DNA from: Nemertoderma westbladi
Taxonomy: Eukaryota; Animalia; Xenacoelomorpha
Reading direction: 5' to 3'
Length of the DNA: 64,000 nt
NCBI GenBank assembly: GCA_032718475.1
Contig: JAUCBJ010007602.1
Span: 13,783 to 77,782 of the forward strand
The notes under the pieces were generated by a model. That model had not been told where the DNA came from and did no database searches. It worked only from the letters and a program-made list of their open reading frames with translations. A program made the translations under genes and the position numbers. Shown one piece after another: positions 1 to 11,647 of the stretch; the first letter of the stretch is position 1; every line of letters begins with the position of its first letter.

Positions 1-1774
1 GTTTCTGGCGGTGGATCCATTCGGTCTGCTCGGCGTACCAACGGGTTAGTCGCATAGGATCCTGTGGAACGGAGGGGGTAGTAGTCACCGCTGGTTGGCG
101 AAGAGGTGCCGGGGCTTTCGACAGAGGGATTCCGAGGAGATCGTTGGGAGTCGGCGCAGCGCTGGGACCCTTTTCAACCAGTATCACTGAACGGGACCAT
201 TGAGTGCTGGTACTCGGAATCTCCGAAGACCAGTCTTCGCCACCCGGGAAAGGATATGGGGATAACCTTTGGCATATGTCGCCGAAGTCGTTTAACGCGA
301 AGGTAGTAACTAACTCCCTTGCAGGGCTACCGGAGCCGAGTGGTGTGGTAATGCCCGCTTCCGTCGCAGGTTCGGCAGAGGCAACCCGTTTGGCTGCCGG
401 TTGGTAAGCGGCTTCTGGCTCGAGTTGTCGCTTCGGGGTGGAGAGTAGAACGCCCTCATGTAGCCATAGTTCTTCCCCTTCCGAAGAAATCAGAGGCTCT
501 TCCGCCCCGAGAAGATCGGTAATTGTAGGGATGTCGTAGGGTCCGTTCTCATCCCAGGAATCGATAACGGCGAGCGTTTTCATCTCTCCCGGTGTGATGT
601 TCTCGACCGCTTTGAACGCGTGCTTTATAACCTCGTTCCAGTCGTAGTCGACAAAGGAAAGAGGAACCGCCGTAATGAGGTTATTGAGGGTTTTACAGAT
701 AAACTTAGCGACGGTGTATGATTCCATAACGACGTAGATGTAGTTCCGTCGATCCGGATTTTCCCACCTTTGGTGTATCGTCCACTTTCTCTCAACGTCC
801 TTCCATCGACCCTCTCGCTCGCTCTTTATTTCCAATCCCGGGTATCCACCATATATCTTATTATAGTCCTGGAATTTCTGAGGTTTAAAGTCGATGCCGC
901 CGTTTAGCACAGCGAGGTAGCCGATCCCGGATTTCGTTTGTCTAACCTCGCGGAATCCTCGCATGAATTCGGCGGATCGTAACCAGGCTAGAAGTGTCTG
1001 GGTGTTGATGCAATGACTAATGGCATTGAGATCTCCTTTGCGGTCTCTTCCTAAAGGAGCGTTCGCGTAGTCGTTCCGGACATCCGCTTTTATATCCGAC
1101 CCGATTTTAATGACGTCGAAGTCGAAGAGGATCTTTTGGAATTCTGGAGGTAGCAACCAGATCGCTCCGGCTGCCTGCACTTCCTGTCTGGGTGTCGGAA
1201 ATATTCGACACACCAATACCAAACCGTCCAGGGTTCCGAGGACGACGACCAAGGATCGACCATATTCTTTCGCCCCGTACTTCTCCTGGTAGTCGTCGTG
1301 ATTCTGGATGATCGATATTCGTTCCTCTCGTAGCGTCGCCGTACACTCCGCTAGGTTTCCCCAGTGGGCGAGGTACGTACTCTTGTCGTCGACGAAACTT
1401 TGACATCGCGCCAACGTCATCGCTTTCGAGGTGGGCGTCGCGTTTCCCTCGTTGTCGTATATCAAACATCGGGATCTGTAGATGCTTTGCCGAAACGTTT
1501 CCCAATACGACAACTCATCCCCTCCGGTAGCCTTTGCGTTCCGAGTTCTTTTCAGTCTCGTACTAGCATCGGCCAACCGGAGGGCTCGTAGATTCCGGGA
1601 ATCCGGTCCCTCTCGCCCGGAGAATTTGACGACTCACACATTCTCGTTTATCAGGGTGCTCCAATTTGTATCAAAGTTAGGGGCTCCGGGTTGTGGATAT
1701 TCCAGTAGATCTATCGTATTACGTAATTCGCCGATAATTTGGCGATTTGGGTCCATATTTACAATTATGTCCAT
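1..1774 (-). pseudogene. DEDDy-type 3'-5' exonuclease-like accessory ORF of element 1 (one in-frame stop; open to the window edge; absent from the ORF track)
   Basis: Manual translation: ATG at 1774, TGA at 1636-1634, then open to position 1. Contains LIYDNEG (ExoI), LPPEFQKILFDFDVIKIGSDIKAD (ExoII), KSGIGYL..GIDFK and YIYVVMES (ExoIII-like), collinear with the 45397-49122 protein. Confidence 0.8.
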
Positions 1775-2305
1775 TGCAAAATTATATCAGTTAATTATAA
1801 ATCCAGAAAGTCTGAAACTATAGTGATTGCAGAATAATTCAGTTTATTTTTAATTCAGTTTATTAAATAACATTGCTATATAGGCATCTATCATCTTATT
1901 GCTAATACATTCAGCATTTACAGTTACTATAGCTATACATTAATATCCAACCAGTTTTTTGACTTTTTATGTCCTCTTCTTTTTTCCAATTCTTTTCTTT
2001 TTACATTTTTATACTTTTTTTTGTCTTTTTTCATTTCTCATTATTATTTCATCACATTTCATTTATTTCAACACATTTCATCATTTATTTCCACATTTAT
2101 TTCACATTTCATTTATTTCCACATCATCATTGGGGTTATAGCCCCCCGGCTATCATCATTTGTTATAAGCGCAGCACCAGGGTGCGCATCATTACATTTT
2201 CATCATCATACGCGTCATCATTCGGTTTATAGTAATGTCGTCTGTTTCTTTTCATTTTTTCCAACTACATTCAATCATCTTCTTTGGGAAATTTTCGTTG
2301 TGGAA

Positions 2306-2705
2306 GGGGTGTTACGCGGCAATCTGGGATCTACAGCTGGGCTAGTTACACCGCCTACGCCCCAACCTGCACACGTAACGGACAATGAAGACGCTGGAAG
2401 TGAAGTCACGTGGAATGCACCAGGGACCCACCAGAATAACACTCCCAACAACATAAAGCTCAGCCGACGAAGTCATGTGGGATGGGGTTACGCAACATTC
2501 TGTGATCTACAGCTGGACTAGTTACACCGCCTACGCCCCAAAATCCACGCAACGGTCCCACCAGAATAATGCGACTGAGAACATAAAACCCTCTATCGTC
2601 GAAGTCATGTGGATGCACCATGGACCCACCAGAATAACGGGATAGAGGGGGTGTTGCGCGGCAATCCGGGATCTACAGCTGGACTAGTTACACCGCCTAT
2701 GCCCC
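2306..2705 (-). repeat. Three ~58-bp dispersed repeats in the spacer between integrase and the exonuclease ORF
   Basis: GGGGTGTTACGCGGCAATCTGGGATCTACAGCTGGGCTAGTTACACCGCCTACGCCCC and variants at about 2306, 2482 and 2647. Confidence 0.85.
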
Positions 2706-2999
2706 GAACTGCGCATGCAACGGACAACATAACATACTACAATAAATACAATGAATTCCACTTCAAATCTTTACCATTTCCAATAATCCAATGTCGTTGG
2801 TCCCGATGACCAAAATCAGGGTAAACGATAAATAAACGACCCTGCGTCAGTTGAAACATCTGCAGGGTGACGCTGGACTCCACATAACACACGAGGAAAC
2901 ACAAATACCATTGCGTGGTTACAGTTGGTTTAAGGGGGGTCCATTTTCATTGTCGATAAATCACAGTTTAAAGGAGTTTGTCAACAGGATTAGAAGGGT

Positions 3000-5900
3000 T
3001 TACACGGGTTTAGCATTGTCACCAATGTCTGCAGCAGGATCCTGAGTAGGGAACTTATCACCTCTCGTAGAGTAACCGCTGTCATTGCCTTCGAGAAGGC
3101 ACAGCCTCTGGATAGGGCGTTGGTAGTGGCCCTTTGCCGTTCGTATCGTCACAGTCCTCGCAAGTCCGTCTTTGCTTGGTTGTATTGCCACGACTCGCGC
3201 CACAGGCCAGTGGATGCGGTCTTTGAGGTCTTCTTTGACCAGCACCATGTCGCCAACTTCGACATTCCTGTAGGTGTTGTTCCACTTCCTCCTGGTCCGG
3301 AGGGTTATGAGGTACTCCTGGGCCCAGATTCTCCACCAATGCGCTGCCAACGCTTGGGCCTTCTTCCAGTTAGTATGTCTTGCGATATCGTCGGAATCCG
3401 GAAACATCGTCTCTGGGAGAATATGGGTTTTGGGTCTTCCCAGTAGGTGGTTAGGAGTGAGGGACTCAACCGAGGCGTTCGCCATCCGGGTATTACGGCA
3501 GATTATTCCATACTCTCCCATTAATGGTGTCAATGTTATCCACGTCATTATTATCATCAAAAACATTACTAGCCACCAAAGCATGGGCGAGCACCAATGT
3601 CCGTCTTTGAACTTGGCCTGGTCAAGGACGTCCATACAATATTGATCCTCCTCGGACGGGTTTTCGTCTTTTCAGCGAACTCTTGGGTCTCTAGATTAAA
3701 GTATTTAGTCATCTCTTGCTGGGTTTTCTCGGTCTCAAGAAACAAATCCTCGTCAAGGTCTGTAGCTGAACAATAACGCACGGATGTTGCATTCTCTTTA
3801 ATCTGACATTTAGGAAGGTATGTATAGGTGTCAGTAGTCTCTTCCTTGATGCCGCAGAGTGTCCATCCCATTATTGTTCGTTCAGCGTAAAAGCCATTAT
3901 CCTGCTTTATAGATCAGGCGACGTCTCCGGTGGGTATGTGTAATTCCGGTGTATCAAGTCCGATCAGTAGGGTGATGCAGTTTACATCCAACGGAAGGCA
4001 CCTAAGGTCTACATCGTCTCGGTCCAATTGTATGAGGGGGGCGTACTCGGCTGATTGTCGGAACCGCACTCGGAGGTCTGTGTGTACCAAGGCGTTCTTG
4101 ATGGTCAGCTTAACCGTCTCGTAGCCCTTCATTACTTCTTCCATCTGGAGCTGCACCTCCCCGGATTCTACCTCTCTGTGGTCGGTAATAGTTTGTATGG
4201 GCCGTTTGCAAGGTTCATAGTCTAGGCCGAGTTGCTCGAGGAAATCCCGGTCGATGATGGTTCCGTCCGACCCGTTATCAAGGAACGCGAGCGTTGTCAA
4301 GGATTTACCGACCCCTTGAATTCTTACTGGGATTACTTTGGCGAAGACCATGTAACGGCGATTTATAAGGTTGATCATGGCCGAGATATTTGTCACTTGT
4401 GATGCATCGGTGGAGGTTTTAAATGGGTTGGTTTCTCTCCGTTGGGTCGTCCGGGTTCCTTTAGAAACGTGGTTTGTTTCTCCTCTTCGTTTGGCTTCAA
4501 TCCGAAAGGGGAGGGTGGTGAAGTCAAAGTTCGCGGGGATGTGGAGGAGCATGTGATGACGTAGGTCGTTACAGACCACACAGCATGATCTTTGGTCGCA
4601 ATCCCGAACATAGTGACCTGTTCCAAGACACCGGAAGCATCCTCGGTGTTTCATTATCGCCTCGAAGCGTGGGACGAGTTCGGCAAACTGGAACTTCCTG
4701 CAGAATTCCACTTTATGTTTCTCTCCGCAGAAGAAACATATAGGGGAGGCTGTGGTGCCTTCCCTTTCGGGTGCCCAATTCGCTAGGTAGCATGCCCATT
4801 CTTCTGCTAAGGTCGGTTCCTCGTAATCCTCATCATCCGAGTCCTCGGCCATACTGACGGCCATCGTACTCACAGGAGTAGGGCAGAATCTTGGGTTTGG
4901 AGTGGGTGCCCTGGTAATTGCTCTCCATCCCATCCAATTTGGAGAGACTCTGTTTGGAGAACATGGGGTCGTTCATGGCCTCTGATATATCTTCTATGAA
5001 TGCCGACATTTCGAGGAAACTGGGATCTCGATCTGGGTGTCTGCGTCGGAGATCTACGCATTTATACGCCCACTTACTTTGCAGCCATCCGGGGAACTTT
5101 CGGGCGATCTGTCGGAGGTTTAGAATGTTGTTTACTTGTTCCTCCTTATTTAATGGTCTTAGAGTGTAGTAGGCATCCTTCATGGAATCTGAGAATTCCT
5201 AGATATTTTGTGGGTCCCCTAGGGATCCCGCGTCCTGTATCAGTTTCTCGAGAGTTTTATTAATTATAGTCCCGATATTTCCGTATCTTTTATCTAGAGT
5301 TTTCCATGCGTCATAGTATGCCTCATGAGCTCCTCCCTCGAAGCATGCGATAATCCGACGTGGTTTGTCGCCCAGGTATTGGGATAAATATACTAACTTT
5401 TGTGCATCGGCTATGTCCGTTGATCCAATCTGCACGAAAAACTGTTTCTTGAATCTGAGGTAATCGACGGGATCTCCTTCGAAGGTGCGGATCTCCATCT
5501 TGGGCATGGCCAGTCGGTTCTCTAATGCCCGGATGATGCCAACGTCGTCTGAACCGGAATGACTAGGAGGGTTATAATTATCGGCACTCTCTCCCATACA
5601 CGATGGATCGATGATAGGTGGAGTTTTAATGATGACGCGGCTACGGATTTGTGGTGCAGATGTAAACGGGTTGTTGGATTGGGGAGTGGCGATCCGTTCC
5701 GAGTCCTTTTCAGGCTCGTACTTGGGGACGCTCGGGACCGTGGGATTAGCTGGGATATAAGGTTCCTCATTCTTCAACGTAACCGGTGGGGGATGGAATA
5801 CCGGTGCTTGTGCCGATAACGTAGACTGTATGATAGGCAGGAACTCGGGTTTCGGGGGTTTCACCGTCGGTGTCGTTAATGACCTCTCTAATTCTGGTAT

Positions 5901-6855
5901 CGGTATTGGTTCATAGTTCAAATCTATATCCCTTTCCCAGTCCTCGTATAGTTGAATATCTCGTTCTATAACTGTGGCTTCGTATTCCGCGAGTTTCGCA
6001 ATATCCGCATTCTTTTTGTGTATGAGAATCGCTTGGGCCTCGGTGTGTTGTTTATGCATTTATGCTTCCCATTTACGTTGTTCGATCTCTTGTTGGGCCT
6101 CTCGTCCACGTTGTTCAGCTTCCTGTTCACGTTGTTCGGTCTGCCATTTGGCCTCTCGCCTATGTTGTTCAGCTTCCTGTTCACGTTGTTCGGCCTGCCG
6201 TTTGGCCGCTTGCTCGGCCTCTTGTTTTTGCATTTCGGCGGCTAATACATCTTGCTCGGTTCGCAGTTGAACATACTCATCTTCCATCCGAGCTTTGAGG
6301 GCTAATGCCTTCTGTTCTCGTAGCTGATCTCGGAGTGGCTTACCCCCTTGAGAACTGCGCGCTGAGCCGGATATCTCGCTCCTAGCGCTGGAGTGCTGGT
6401 GTCTTGAGGACCCCGTTCTCTTTCGATGAATTGTGGTCCTGGTGTTGGAGGTTCGCACTGATTCTGCGTCTGTTCTTTCAGCTCTCTTGTAGTACTGTTC
6501 CTCGTAGCCTCTCACGAAGCTGAGGGTCCTCCGGTATTGTTTGCGGAATTCGTCTAGGCGTGCAACGTGTTCTTCCAATTTGGGGTAGTTTACCTGGTCG
6601 GTGGCGGGGATGAGTTCTCGGTACGCCTGTATCATTCTCTCATATTGTTGTAAGATACTTCGGATATTCTGAAGCTGAGTTTGTATCTCGTTGAGAGGGG
6701 TTTCGACTCCATTGAGTTGTTTCTCTATACGTTGATACGCTCGAGTGACTCCGCCCTAGTCGACGGGCCATGTTCTTGACGTTCGGTACCTCGTCGGCTT
6801 CCGAGTCTGTGTGGTGGTCCATCTCATCGGTATCGGATACGTTATTCGTCGTCAA
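3000..6855 (-). pseudogene. Disrupted gag-pro polyprotein of element 1 with only the integrase C-terminus left; RT, RNase H and integrase core missing
   Basis: Fragments: coiled-coil region (6060-6635); FEGDPVDYLRFKKQF (5199-6059); CFFCGEKHKVEFC, CFRCLGTGHYVRDC, CVVCNDLRHHMLLH and FLDNGSD protease (3914-4933); LTPNHLLG..WWRIWAQEYL..WPVARV..DGLARTV..RPIQRL (DUF5641-like, 3000-3480). Fragments are separated by stops and frameshifts. Confidence 0.88.
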
Positions 6856-7043
6856 TGTAGCGCCTCGTCGATAGCTAGATGTGCGATGTCGTAAAATAGT
6901 TCGTCGTAGGTATTGTACTCAGCCTGGACCACCCGAACGGTAATCCTGAATCGTCCGACGTTCGTTCCTTGTACTTCAACCTCGATGTGCCAGATTCCTG
7001 GCTCAACTTGGATTATATCAATGGGTGTGATCGATACTTCCAT
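6852..7043 (-). CDS. Small 63-aa ORF directly upstream of gag in element 1, function unknown
   Basis: ATG-initiated, protein-like composition, stop codon overlaps the start of the gag frame. Confidence 0.3.
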   Translation of the reverse strand: MEVSITPIDIIQVEPGIWHIEVEVQGTNVGRFRITVRVVQAEYNTYDELFYDIAHLAIDEALH

Positions 7044-7549
7044 TCCCTGTTAACAACTCTCCAAATATGTGATCTGCCGACTACGAGTTGGTTAGATCGA
7101 GTTTGTTGATTAATTAAACCACGACTTTGTCTTAACTCAAATACCAGAGTTTCCTCGTAGTGGGTGCTGGTAAGCACAGAGAGAGTTTGAAGAGTATTGT
7201 AGGATTCCCAACTTCCACCAGTTGAAGTTGGCCGCGTTTTATTCTCAATTTTGTTGCCGTTATTCCCGACACCATGGGGGAAAAACGCCGATGCTGGAGG
7301 CGGAACTTTACAGACCACGGAATCCCGGCCAGTCACCGGATATTGATTGTGGAGAAGGAATAATTTCTTAGATGCAAGATTGCGGTTGAGAAAAAGCTGC
7401 ATTGGTTGGATATATTCTTTAATGTAGTTAATCTCACTGAACCCTGATTAAGAATAAATTGGGCTTCCCCAAATCAATATACACCAAATTATTCACAATA
7501 ATAATACACGACAATATAAATCCCTACAGTAAATTATTTAATTACCCAC

Positions 7550-8742
7550 TGTTCGCTCAGATTTTAGCCTAACTAATGTTCCCCAGATTTTCCCTCGGTC
7601 CTAGTCTTGGTGCCGTAGTGTCGGTGTCGGTCGACCCTGTCGCGTGTCCGTCCCACCCCTCCAGAACCCCGAAGGGATCGATCATCGAGAACCAGTACGG
7701 CTTGGCTAAGGGTCGGTCCAGTCGGTAGACTCTGTCGCGTATCCGTACCACCCCTCTCGAACCCCGAAGGGATCGGTCATCGAGAACCAGTACGGCTTGG
7801 CTAGGAGTCTGTTGTGTCGGTGGACCCGTTTGCGTGTCTGTCCCACCCCTCACGAGCCCCGAAGGGAACGATCATTGAGAACCAGTACGGCTTGGCTAGG
7901 GGTCCGTCGGTTCATCGCAGAGACCCAACCACCTAGGCTTTCCGAGACCTTATTCAGGCTCGTAGTCGTTTCGGCAGCCGAGAAACTGCTCCGAACAGTC
8001 GGTAGGCCAGTAGAGTCCAGTCCTCTGTCTTTCAACCCCGTCGCGTGTCCGTCCCACCCCTCACGAACCCCAAAGGGAACGATCATCGAGAACCAGTACG
8101 GCTTGGCTAAGGGGTCTGTCGTCGGTTCCCATCGCAAATCCCTGGCACAAGCAGCAGACTTTCCGATGTCCTTTTCAGGCTCGTAATAACTGCTGTTGAC
8201 CAGAGACCGCTAAGGGCAGTCCTCGTCAAACCCTTCCTCTGTTAGTCGGCCGCCCTTTCGCGTGTCCGTCCCACCCCTCGCGAACCCCGAAGGGATCGGT
8301 CATCGAGAACCAGTACGGCTTGGCTAAGGGGGCTGTCGTTTCCCGTCGCAAATCCCTGACACAAGCAGCAGACTTTCCGATGTCCTTTTCAGGCTCGTAA
8401 TAACTGCTGTTGGCCAGGGACCACTAAGGGCAGTCCTTGTCCTTTAGACCTAGCGAGTTACCAAATCCACCTCTACAGGCAGCAGGAAGTTGGCTAAGCC
8501 TAATAGTAGTCAGGTAAACCTGAATACTGCTTAACTTTGCCTCCCACCCCTGGCCCTTATAAATATGAAATGAGTCCCGTACCCAGTAAGTCGCCCCAAT
8601 ATTCGCCCATAAATCGCCCCCAGTTCATAGAGTGTGCCCAAAACCCGTGGTCCCGCACCCAGTAGTGATATCGGAATAATCATTTTAAATAAATACAAAA
8701 AATATTCAACTCGCGTTATGAAAAGTTGAAATACCGCGAACA
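7550..8742 (-). repeat. 5' LTR of element 1 (1193 bp)
   Basis: Terminal inverted repeats TGTTCGC...GCGAACA (TG...CA), TATA-like TATTTATAA at 8565-8557 on the minus strand, satellite resumes at 8743. The partner LTR is outside the window. Confidence 0.75.
7639..8330 (-). repeat. Five ~70-bp repeats within the LTR of element 1
   Basis: GCGTGTCCGTCCCACCCCTC..AACCCCGAAGGGATCG.TCATCGAGAACCAGTACGGCTTGGCTA at about 7642, 7737, 7832, 8043 and 8260. Confidence 0.9.
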
Positions 8743-9998
8743 CCGGTCACAGGGTCACGCTCACTCCTTGTGGGCCTTTATTAAATCTACCCGGACGCGG
8801 GTTCAAGCTCACTCAAGTGGGCTTTTATTAAAGCTACCCGGGCATGGGGTCATGCTCACTCTTCGTGGGCCTTTATTAAATCTACCTGGGCACAGGGTCA
8901 AGCTCACTCCTTGTGGGCCTTTATTAAATCTACCCAGGCGCGGGGTCACACTCACTCCTTGTGGGCCTTTATTAAATCTATCCGGGCGCGGGGTCAAGCT
9001 CACTCAAGTGGGCCTTTATTAAATCTACCCAGGCGCGGGGTCACGCTCATTCCTTGTGGGCCTTTATTAAATCTACCCGGACGCGGGTTCAAGCTCACTC
9101 AAGTGGGCTTTTATTAAAGCTACCCGGGCATGGGGTCATGCTCACTCTTCGTGGGCCTTTATTAAATCTACCTGGGCACAGGGTCAAGCTCACTCCTTGT
9201 GGGCCTTTATTAAATCTACCCAGGCGCGGGGTCACACTCACTCCTTGTGGGCCTTTATTAAATCTATCCGGGCGCGGGGTCAAGCTCACTCAAGTGGGCC
9301 TTTATTAAATCTACCCAGGCGCGGGGTCACGCTCATTCCTTGTGGGCCTTTATTAAATCTATCCAGGCGCGGGGTCAAGCTCACTCAAGTGGGCCTTTAT
9401 TAAATCTACCCAGGCGCGGGGTCAAGCTCACTCTTTGTGGGCTTTATTAAATCTACCCGGGTGCAGGGTCACGCTCACTCTTTGTGGGCTTTATTAAATC
9501 TACCCGGGTGCGGGGTCAAGCTCACTCTTTGTGTGCTTTATTAAATCTACCCGGGCGTGGGGTCACACTCACTCCTTGTAGGCCTTTATTAAATCTACCC
9601 GGGTGCGGGGCGGGGTCACGCTCACTCCTTGTGGGGCTTTATTAAATCTATCCGGGCGCGGGGTCAAGCTCACTCAAGTGGGCCTTTATTAAATCTACCC
9701 AGGCGCGGGGTCAAGCTCACTCTTTGTGGGCTTTATTAAATCTACCCGGGCGCAGGGTCACGCTCACTCTTTGTGGGCTTTATTAAATCTACCCGGGCGC
9801 GGGCTCAAGCTCACTCTTTGTGTGCTTTATTAAATCTACCCGGGCGCAGGGTCACGCTCACTCTTTGTGGGCTTTATTAAATCTACCCGGTCGCGGGGTC
9901 AAGCTCACTCTTTGTGTGCTTTATTAAATCTACCCGGGCGCGGGGTCAAGCTCACTCAAGTGGGCCTTTATTAAATCTACCCGGGCGCTGGGTAACGC
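8743..9998. repeat. 47-48-bp GC-rich satellite, array 1
   Basis: Unit approximately GGGCCTTTATTAAATCTACCCGGGCGCGGGGTCACGCTCACTCCTTGT; identical ORFs at 8809 and 9095 show a 286-bp (6-mer) higher-order repeat. Confidence 0.95.
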
Positions 9999-11647
9999 TT
10001 CGAAGCAGTCATCATCAACATCACTGACTAGTCAGATGTCTAGTAAGATATAATCCCCCAGTAAACCCTTAAATAAAGTTTATAGTACTAAAAAATGCCT
10101 AATATGAATAAAATTTATAAAACACAACTAAATAACAATATAAATTTATGTATAGATAAGTAATTAATATAACAGATAATGCCAAAAAACTCAGTCGACC
10201 GTATGTGCTTTTTACTCATTCGGCACTTCTAACACATCCTAGACTATCATATCCTATACTCTATCCTCCGATCATACCCTATCATATCTTACTCTATCCT
10301 ACCCTATCATATCATGTCCTACCCTATCCTCCTAACCTACCCTACCCTATCCTAACCCTATCCTATCTAACCCTATTCTAATCTAACTATATCCTTGTCC
10401 CATCCCTTCCTCTGAAATATCTATCCACACTACCCTGATGAGCATCCGTTCACTAACAATGCTATTAGGCTACCCTCCTTTACCTATATATATGTTATAT
10501 TCATATTTATATATATACTGATATATATATTACAATAATTATTATGTGTGCATTTATTATAATGTATATGTTTATATGGGTAATAATAAACAATCATAAA
10601 TAGACTTAATTCCGTCAACCAATCTATTACCTGGCCCTAGTATCGGATCTATTATTGTTGATATATTTACGTAGAAATCAATTTTGGCTCTTATGCTGCA
10701 GTTTCTCTATATGAGATCCAAGTAATTAATTGTTATTATTGGACGGATCCAATTGTTGTTGGACGGATCCAATTGTTGTATGTTGGACGGATCCAATTGT
10801 TGTTGGACGGATCAAATTGTTGTTAGACGGATCCAATTGTTGGATGTTAGACGGATCCAATTGTTGGATGTTGGACGGATCCAATTGTTGTTGGACGGAT
10901 CAAATTGTTGTTAGACGGATCCAATTGTTGGATGTTGGACGGATACAATTGTTGGATGTTGGACGGATCCAATTGTTGTTGGACGGATCAAATTGTTGTT
11001 AGACGGATCCAATTGTTGGATGTTGGACGGATCCAATTGTTGGATGTTGGACGGATCCAATTGTTGGATGTTGGACGGATCCAATTGTTGGATGTTGGAC
11101 GGATCCAATTGTTGGATGTCCTTATTTCTCACATGTGTTTGTGTGTTTGTTTGTACACGTACAACTTCATGCATAATGTTGATGGAATTGCATGAAACTT
11201 TGATGATAGGTTCATTATCGGACCTAGTTGCGTATGCTAGGTTTTGGATGTGTCGGACCTGTAGGTTGCTTAGAAACAGTGAAATTAATTATAGAATGAA
11301 AGATCATAATCGTAGAATTCACTCAATCAAAATTATATTGGACATACTTTCTGCAAAATGTTGCCTAGTGGTCAGCTGCTGATGATTGTTGCATTGAATA
11401 GATTACTGTAGATGATGTAAATACAAGTTTGTCACCATCTGTGAACCAACTGCCCGATACAAATTCCTCTTATTTCCTCCACTAGAGGATCGCGAATCTC
11501 CCGCCCACCCCTTTCTTTCACTCTTTGATCTTCTCTTCATTTCTTCCTTTTTCTACGACTGATATATATTTTTCCGCACCCGAGATGGGAAGCCTTTTAC
11601 GTATTTTAAATATAAATGTATTTAATGGGGTTTTCATAAATGTTCTG
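9999..11647. repeat. ~1.65-kb block (copy 1) with (CCTAT)n-like microsatellite and a 20-24-bp GGACGGATCCAATTGTT minisatellite
   Basis: Near-identical to 14279-14348 plus 23927-25426; the minisatellite spans about 10735-11118. Confidence 0.9.

Larger units (their letters stand above)
1..8742 (-). mobile_element. BEL/Pao-type LTR retrotransposon (element 1), decayed and internally deleted; 3' part runs off the left edge
   Basis: 5' LTR at 7550-8742, followed by gag (DUF1759-like), CCHC knuckles, aspartic protease and a BEL-type integrase C-terminal segment, then an extra exonuclease-like ORF. The 48-bp satellite resumes right after 8742. Confidence 0.85.

Noticed and set aside
1959-2290. Hydrophobic Phe/Ile/His-rich plus-strand ORFs resembling membrane proteins
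   Set aside because: Low-complexity T-rich sequence, which is the A-rich leader of the minus-strand ORF.
2932-2948. AAGGGGGGTCCATTTTC resembling TAGGGGAGTCTATTTTG at 49411 in the equivalent spacer of element 2
   Set aside because: Too short and degenerate to distinguish from chance.
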